A stretch of DNA of 64,000 bases, taken from the NCBI RefSeq assembly GCF_964204645.1, contig NC_134026.1:18014150-18078149 (forward strand). The letters run 5' to 3'. The translations under genes were made by a program, and so were the position numbers. Below the pieces are notes generated by a model. The model worked only from the letters and a program-made list of their open reading frames with translations, did not search any database and was not told the origin of the DNA. This DNA comes from Tubulanus polymorphus. Its lineage: Eukaryota > Animalia > Nemertea. Positions 57,225 through 64,000 of this stretch are shown here, one piece after another (the first letter of the stretch is position 1; each line of letters opens with the position of its first letter).

Positions 57225-60197
57225 GTGAAAATTGTATTTAGTACAACAGCACCTATTCCCGATGTTACACACCCTCTGCATGGTCTCATGATGAAAATTT
57301 TTGATTCGAAAAACGAGTCTTGTAAACTCAATGAAGCTGTTGAAAAAAACATTCAAAAAATCATTGCTATTGATGTTACATATTCCAATGGCAATGGAAA
57401 AAAGTCTACCAGTAAAAGATTTAGTTCTTCCATATTCGAAAGGCCTGAATCCAATTCACAAATGAGAGACAAAATACTGGTACAAGCTCTCATGAGTTCA
57501 GATGAACACGTTTATGAAGTAATAGATGACACGAAGCCAAAGCGTCTTTATTTAGACATCGAGTGGACAACAGATCGAAGCGTCAATGACGACTCGCGCT
57601 CACGAGAACAAAATGCTCGAGATTTACTATCAAACATGGTGAATGAATTTGAAAAGTACTTAATCAAATTCAAAACCGACGACACCATGTCCGCAGCAGA
57701 ATTTACCCAGCGTCTCGTACTAACCAGTAGTCGTGTGAGGAAAACGAAATACAAGCATTCGTTTCATGTTATATACCCAAATATTATATTTAACGAAATA
57801 ACCGATATGAAACGATGTGTTCTAGAATTCAAAAATTCTAACACAAAATATGGTTTTATGATAGACAAGGACGTCTACAACAAAAACCAACAATTCCGTG
57901 CTGTTAACCAAAGTAAAATCTGCAGCTCTACAGTTCTATCCATTTTGCCCGAGTTATCTAGTCCTGAAGCACAACCTAGTCGGTCATTAATCCAACCATA
58001 CTCCGAATTGAAGTCAACGACAAACAGCATGACTTTACCAAAACATTCTACTACAAAGAGAAAAAGAAAATCTTCGTCAGCATCATTAGCAGCAAATGAA
58101 CCAAGCACGACTTGTATCAAACGCTCCAAAAAATGCCAACACTCAGCGGACGAAAATCAACACCCAAAAGACGCAGTTCCCGACAGGCCTTTAAAACTAC
58201 CCAATTCATCTGTCGTTGTCCGTACAGACAAAGATGTCATTGATTTGATTGATGGAAAAGATTTACGAGCAAGTGATTTCACCAAACACTATTTACCCAT
58301 CCTTACATCAATTGTCTGTAGGAATCTTACAGGTAACACCAACATTACACCAAACGACATCATGACATGGTGTAACTACACAGACGACAATCTATCAAAA
58401 GCCCAAAAAGACATAGATTATGTCACCAAAAACGCCGAGAAACAACTGGATGATGATTTCAAGTATCTAATACAACACATCAAAGACCTAAAAGACATCA
58501 CTGTATACGATTTGAGAACAAAACATATCCAGCCTAAGATAAAACATGTGAAATTTGAAGAAGTGAATTTATCGAAACGCATCCACACCAAAACACTGTG
58601 TCTACAAGTGACCACCGATGATGGAACCGAGGCCCAAAAACAATGCGTTGATAATATTGTCAAGTTCGTTCACGACTACAAAATAGAAAACACTTGTTTG
58701 TTAAACAACAATGTTTTACTATTATCAAACGAAAAGAAAAAGATGGATTTTAAAAACTTAGCGAAAACACTCACCAAGTACAACATATCGGTGTCAGGTC
58801 GAAATTTCGATACCCCCTTTCCAAAAAGTATACTCGAACAAAGTATCGACCTAAGCGCTAACATTGACAGTCAACTACTGTTAAATGTAGGCGAAATGTA
58901 CGAGATTGACCAAATAAAGTCGATTATAGAGTATACCGCGAAATGTGACAAACAAAAGCACAAAAACAAAGAATTGCTAACAAAAAGCATACATCAATTG
59001 GTCAACGAGGGCACAATCAAACTTACCGAAATATCCTATGTTCAAAGTGCCAGATCTCAATACAACAAACTAGTTTCTGAATCCGAGCAAAAACCTGATC
59101 TATAGGAAACTTACGTCATGAAATTCCGACGAGGTAAACAAGACGAAGACGGTATATACACACCCCTAGAACCATGGAAAGAATCAATAGAAATACCCAT
59201 AATACCATACCGAATTGGTGTAAAACGACGCAGCTTGTACATTTGGTCGTATGGGCCCAATTGGGGAAAAACCTTTAATGCCGATACATTTTGTAAACTA
59301 TACAACGCGCAGTGCGTCAACGATACCAATAATTGGACCAATATTCGCCGTAACGTTCAATTCCTGTTCTTTGACGAGTTTAGTGAAAAGCGAAAATTGG
59401 AGTTCAGCAGTCTCGCTGCTCTAGCTGGTGGAAACCCCGAACACTTTTCTGGAAATTGTAAAAGTTATGGCGACTCGTTTCAAACAAACAATGAAAAACT
59501 CCAAGTAATAATTTTCTCAAACGTTTCGCCGTTTAAGCTGTACGGTGATTGGGACAAGAAACTTCAGAAGCGATTGATTAGTACCGACAACGCCAACATC
59601 CTGAAAGAAAGATTTGCCATGTACTGTTTGGACGGCGATGTTTGGCTAGATGAAATTCAAAATACTAAACGAGACAAACTTACTCTTTCACAGTTGTATT
59701 TCTGTACAATTACAGACTTACGAGGAATGTTACTAAAACTACTACCAGGTGTGGTTTGTAATACTCTTAGAGACAAATTATTTATGATGACACAATATCT
59801 TGTAAACGTATTAAGTTGTTGGGATTTTTCATACGCCTGTGCAGATCAAATACAGTCTGTGATCAAACGTTTTACAAAGTATCTCTTGCATCCTGAAATC
59901 GCAAGAGTAATGTCAGCAATTATCGATTCCGATTATTTCAACTCCGCACGACGCAGCATCAAAGTTCCTGGCAAAGATGTTTCTTCAACTTTTATACCTC
60001 TTGTTGAAGTTTCCGAAGTGTTGGAATATGCAAGGTGTAGGATTGAAATATGTAATGAAATATTACAAGAAGGATACGATCCTCTTATGGACACCGACAA
60101 TAATTCAGACATTGAAAGCGACGTTGAGTGTGAGGACGATTTGTTCCCAAGTTGTTACCAAAGTTGCAAATGTAGCCTTATTAACGTTCAAATGTAA
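57225..60197 (+). CDS. AEP (PrimPol-like) primase fused to SF3 helicase, interrupted by one in-frame TAG
   Basis: AEP motifs YEVI..RLYLDIE, SFHVI, IDKDVYNKNQQFR. SF3 motifs GPNWGKT (A), LFFDEF (B), VIIFSN (C). CTA TAG GAA ACT TAC GTC ATG links the two track ORFs in frame. Confidence 0.85.
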
Positions 60198-60329
60198 CAT
60201 ATCCGGTTAGAGTTTGTTTCGTGTTATTGATATGAGAAGTTAGATAGAAAATATTGTTAGAAAATATTCTAACCATCAATAGTAATAAGACAAAAAAGTT
60301 AGTTTTGGCGCCCACATGCATGTTAAAAG

Positions 60330-60739
60330 ATGAAAATCAACATAGTGTTATTTGGTTGTTTTTTATTGTCCAATATTGCTAATGCTGAGTTCAATTATGA
60401 TTCGAATGACGATGATGCCGTTGGTGATTACATCTGCTCACTTGATGATGAAGTCTATATAAATGGAAAATGTTACGATAAAACTACAGTCTATGTTGGT
60501 GGTTTTTTGGTCTCTTAGCTGTATTAGCAGTAATTAGTGATTGTTTTTGTGGATTTTGTTGCTGTTGCTGTGCGCCATGTAAGAATAATAGAAATCTAGG
60601 AATTATCCATACTCCTACAACTGTTATAACCATGCCAAACACAGTGCCTGGTGGTTCTGTAGCTCCTCCACCCTATCCTGCGAATGGTGGTGGATTTGAA
60701 AACATGATGTTTGGGGTGAAGCAACCTTCTGATGTGTGA
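60330..60739 (+). CDS. Shisa/WBP1-like small membrane protein with PPxY motif, 1-nt frameshift in a T run
   Basis: Signal peptide and short Cys ectodomain. After a shift at GGTTTTTTGG (60501-60510) it reads GLLAVLAVISDCFCGFCCCCCAPC...VAPPPYP...DV-stop. Confidence 0.7.
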
Positions 60740-61261
60740 AATGTAAAGAAGCACAACCCTACTCAGACCATACTCCATTCGTCAATACAACTCCGCCACA
60801 ACAAAACAACTTTACCCATGTGTACATCATCATCCGCCGTTTACCCAGACTCAATCGTCTTATTGCAGGAGGTGCCAGAAGGAAGTATAAAACATTCCAA
60901 GTCATTTGGTGCTTCAAGAATTTGCGTGTATGTTTCCATCGACGCCGCTACCAGACTCTATAAGTAATACGATGACGGGCACATGCGTGTGAGCGATTGT
61001 ATGTGGGATCTTGCGAGCTAAAGCGCTGTTGTGAAACGCTAGTGTACCGGCCTTGTATAAAGAACAATAAAAACACATGTCCCCGATGCTCTACGAAAGT
61101 AGATGAGATAAAGTTACAAGAGGAGAAATAAGGTTACGAATGGAGAAATAGCGGGTTACGAGAGGAGAAATAAGCCAAGTTCGAACTTTTTCCAAGAGGT
61201 TAGAGAACACATACTTATCTCACTCAATCACTCAGTCCAAAAAGAGTTCGTTCCGTAATCG

Positions 61262-62230
61262 AACAACCAACCAACCAACCACTCTACCCTGTATAGGGGA
61301 AGCGGATGATGGGCGACACGGCGGTATTGTGTCCCGCGGTTGTCGGACAAGAACCGAGACTCGACATACGATGCAGCTGCAAGCACACGCAGGCACATCT
61401 CTGAGCTGAACACAAGTCGAGTGTGTGTATCGATCGTAAGCCACCAATTTATAATTAATGTCTAAAATGCACAAGTCCAACCAACCAACCAACCAACCAA
61501 CCAACCAACCAACCAACCAACCAACCAACCCCAAACCCTGTATAGGGAAGCGGGCGATGGGCGACACGGCGGTAATGTGTCCCGCGGCTGTCGAACAAGA
61601 ACCGAGACGAAGCATGCTGTGGCCGCTGCAAGCACATGCAGTAGCAAGAGATTTGTGCCAAGACATGGAGCTAAGGCAATGATGCAGCAGCAGCACAGTG
61701 AGCCGTATGAGTCTGACATGGCATAAAGTCAAGAATAAACATCATATATTATGGTGAATGGAAAATGAAAAATTTTCGAACTTGGCCAAATTTTCAAAAT
61801 TTTCAACATTTTCCAAAAAGTCCCCCAGAAAATCAAAAACAGTGACACTATACTATAGCTGGGGTACCGGGGTTCTGGGGTATCTGGGGTACTTGGGGTA
61901 CCAGAAATTAGTACTAATTTAAGTTCCAAAAATTCTGTTAAAATGGAACAGTCACCTGTTTTTTCTGGTACCCCAAGTACCCCAGATACCCCAGAACCCC
62001 GGTACCCCAGCTATAGTATAGTGTCACTGTTTTTGATTTTCTGGGGGACTTTTTTGAAATTTCCAACTTCACAATTTTTCACTTTGTCCAACACTTCACC
62101 GATTCTCCGACACATTTCACCATCATCCTGACACGGCTTGCAGCTGCTATCGTGTATCTCGTCTCGGTTCTTGTCCGACAGCCGCAGGACACAATACCGC
62201 CGTGTCGCTATCTCCGCGCTTCCCTATAAC
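61262..62230. repeat. Nested palindromic element, copy 2, with an extra motif copy and (AACC)n
   Basis: Same inner palindrome at ~61815-62055. The 55-bp motif occurs at ~61312, ~61561 and inverted at ~62160-62208. (AACC)n at 61479-61530. Confidence 0.9.
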
Positions 62231-62379
62231 ATGGTTAAGGGTGGTCTAGATACACAGGCACACGCAGTGGTTCTCTATGTTCGGCGGAATGACTTGGCTT
62301 ATTTCTCCTCTCGTAATACAGTGGAAATTCAATCGGATATATAACTGCTACTACATGTTATGAACGCTTATAAATATAA

Positions 62380-63116
62380 TACTGTTTCGTTCACTCGCAC
62401 CTTACGTATGCGACCCTAATTTGGGGAAATGGATCCAATGTTTATATTGACCCTCTATTTCGTTTACAAAAGAAAGCCATTCGTATTATAACCCATTCTC
62501 ATTGGTTAGCTCATACATCCCCTATTTTTAGAAAACTAGAAATCCTAAAATTACGTGACATTTATAAATCTCAATTAAGTACTTTTGTATTCTCACAGAT
62601 CAATAACAATCTACCTTCTATCTTTGATAATTTTTATAACCTTAGAAACTTCAAACGACCGTCTCGGCACCTTTTAAGTCTAACCGTTGATTTCGCTCGA
62701 ACAAATTTCAGAATTAAATCTCCAAAAATCCAGGGTGCTAGAATTTGGAATAGCTTATCCAATAAACAAAAATCTTCAAAATCATCTGTTCACTTCAAAA
62801 GCTCTCTAGTTAAAAATTTGATTTCGACCTATTAAATTCTTTATTTCGTGGACGCCATTATTGTACATATATTATATCTTTTTTTTCCATCAATTTTGTG
62901 TGTGTCTTGTAACGAATGTAAGTGAGGGTGAATGGCGTGTGCATGCGAGTGTGTTTGTTACTGAGGGGTAAGGACTCGCATAAGTCTACTTTGACTTTTC
63001 CTTACTCCTCGCATAATATATTGTTACTTTTAATAACTTACTATTATGTATATATATATTTCTTGTTACAATTTATTTGCAAAATAAATCTAATCTAATC
63101 TAATCTAATCTAATCT
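62380..63116 (+). mobile_element. 5'-truncated CR1/L2-group (Crack/Daphne-like) LINE inside the viral block
   Basis: HLTYATLIWG..LFRLQKKAIRIITHSHWLAHTSPIFRKLEILKL...GARIWNSL..FKSSL, then 3' UTR, AATAAA and (TCTAA)n tail. Confidence 0.85.
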
Positions 63117-63267
63117 TATTGTGAACAATCAAAAACTAAAAATGAACTCGGTATAAGGTACTATATATATGATTGTGTGTTTATTAGAATGAATAAAAAT
63201 TGATTTACAATTAATTATACAAAATTTACAAGTTTCTTTCATTTTCATTTGGGTATGTGTGTTGTTC

Positions 63268-64000
63268 TTAGAGTAGTTCATCGTCTTCGTCGTAAAAATC
63301 ACTATCCTCGTCTTCGCTGTCACTATAACTGTTGTGGTCTTTTTTGCGGCGTTTTTGGAGTTTTGTTTTTTCATCAGCATTGTCAGCGTCGTCTTCATTG
63401 CTTTCGGATGAGCTTTTGTCGGCGTCTTCAGAATTTGATGATTTATTCTTACGACTATGCCGTTTTTTCAAAGATTTAAATATCAACGTATTTAAACCAC
63501 AAAACTGATAAACGGCTAAAAACATCAAACTCTGAATACAAAATGCAATAAGCGACAAAAACCCGCCGCTAGTAAGACAAGTGATCACCTCCCCTATACC
63601 GCCTGGCAGTGCGTTTAAAATGTCGTGGAAACCTTTCAGTGGCCCTTTGTTAGCGAATGATTTGTCTAAATCCCTAAAGTCCAGAGATCTATTGAGTCCC
63701 TTTTCCATTTCCTTGGCAAACACTTTTACCCTTGCATTGGTTAAGGCGGCTGCCTTTTTCATGTCTATTCCATATTTCTTGATACTGGCTACCACATCTT
63801 GCAACGGCATTGACCATTTGAGTTTGTGAATTTGAATAGGGGTAAGATCGTCGTGAAAAGACGGCCATAGAGCGTTGTTTCCTTGAAGAGTGTTGCCTCC
63901 GATTTCGCTTGGAAGATATTCATAGTCTTTGTTGTCCAAAAAGTTCTGAATTAAAAACGAGTTGATGGGTAAACGAAACGTTATTTCCTTTAACGTATCT
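63268..64000 (-). CDS. C-terminus of a membrane glycoprotein, 5' end outside the window
   Basis: Frame is open to the window edge. Gly-rich amphipathic segment, TM, then basic and acidic tail. Confidence 0.7.
   Translation of the reverse strand, partial: DTLKEITFRLPINSFLIQNFLDNKDYEYLPSEIGGNTLQGNNALWPSFHDDLTPIQIHKLKWSMPLQDVVASIKKYGIDMKKAAALTNARVKVFAKEMEKGLNRSLDFRDLDKSFANKGPLKGFHDILNALPGGIGEVITCLTSGGFLSLIAFCIQSLMFLAVYQFCGLNTLIFKSLKKRHSRKNKSSNSEDADKSSSESNEDDADNADEKTKLQKRRKKDHNSYSDSEDEDSDFYDEDDELL

Larger units (their letters stand above)
26240..64000. mobile_element. Endogenous herpesvirus-like (Herpesvirales) genome segment, continuing beyond the window
   Basis: Dense long ORFs with short overlaps and shared AATAAA sites, spliced terminase, gB-like fusogen. 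Host LINE and MITE insertions inside. Left boundary approximate. Confidence 0.88.

Overview
Eukaryotic, probably invertebrate, genomic DNA in two halves. About 1-25.6 kb is a host transposon graveyard: Gypsy, L2 LINE, Harbinger, DIRS and BEL/Pao remnants, MITEs, a ~203-bp satellite, and a spliced DUF3987-like ATPase gene facing a KDZ/Zisupton-type transposase gene. After a degenerate TTAGGG tract (~24.7-25.05 kb), ~26.2 kb to the window end is a gene-dense, almost intron-free block that reads as an endogenous herpesvirus-like (Herpesvirales) genome. It has a two-exon terminase ATPase gene spliced at the HSV UL15/HCMV UL89 position, with four opposite-strand genes in the intron (one UL92/VLTF2-like). 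It also has a gB-like class III fusogen, multi-pass membrane proteins, a SOX-like HMG-box gene, an AEP primase-SF3 helicase, a tRNA-Leu, a Shisa-like PPxY protein, and two palindromic elements whose loops are flipped relative to each other. Host LINE and MITE insertions inside the block support chromosomal integration. All homology calls come from motifs read by eye; no searches were run.
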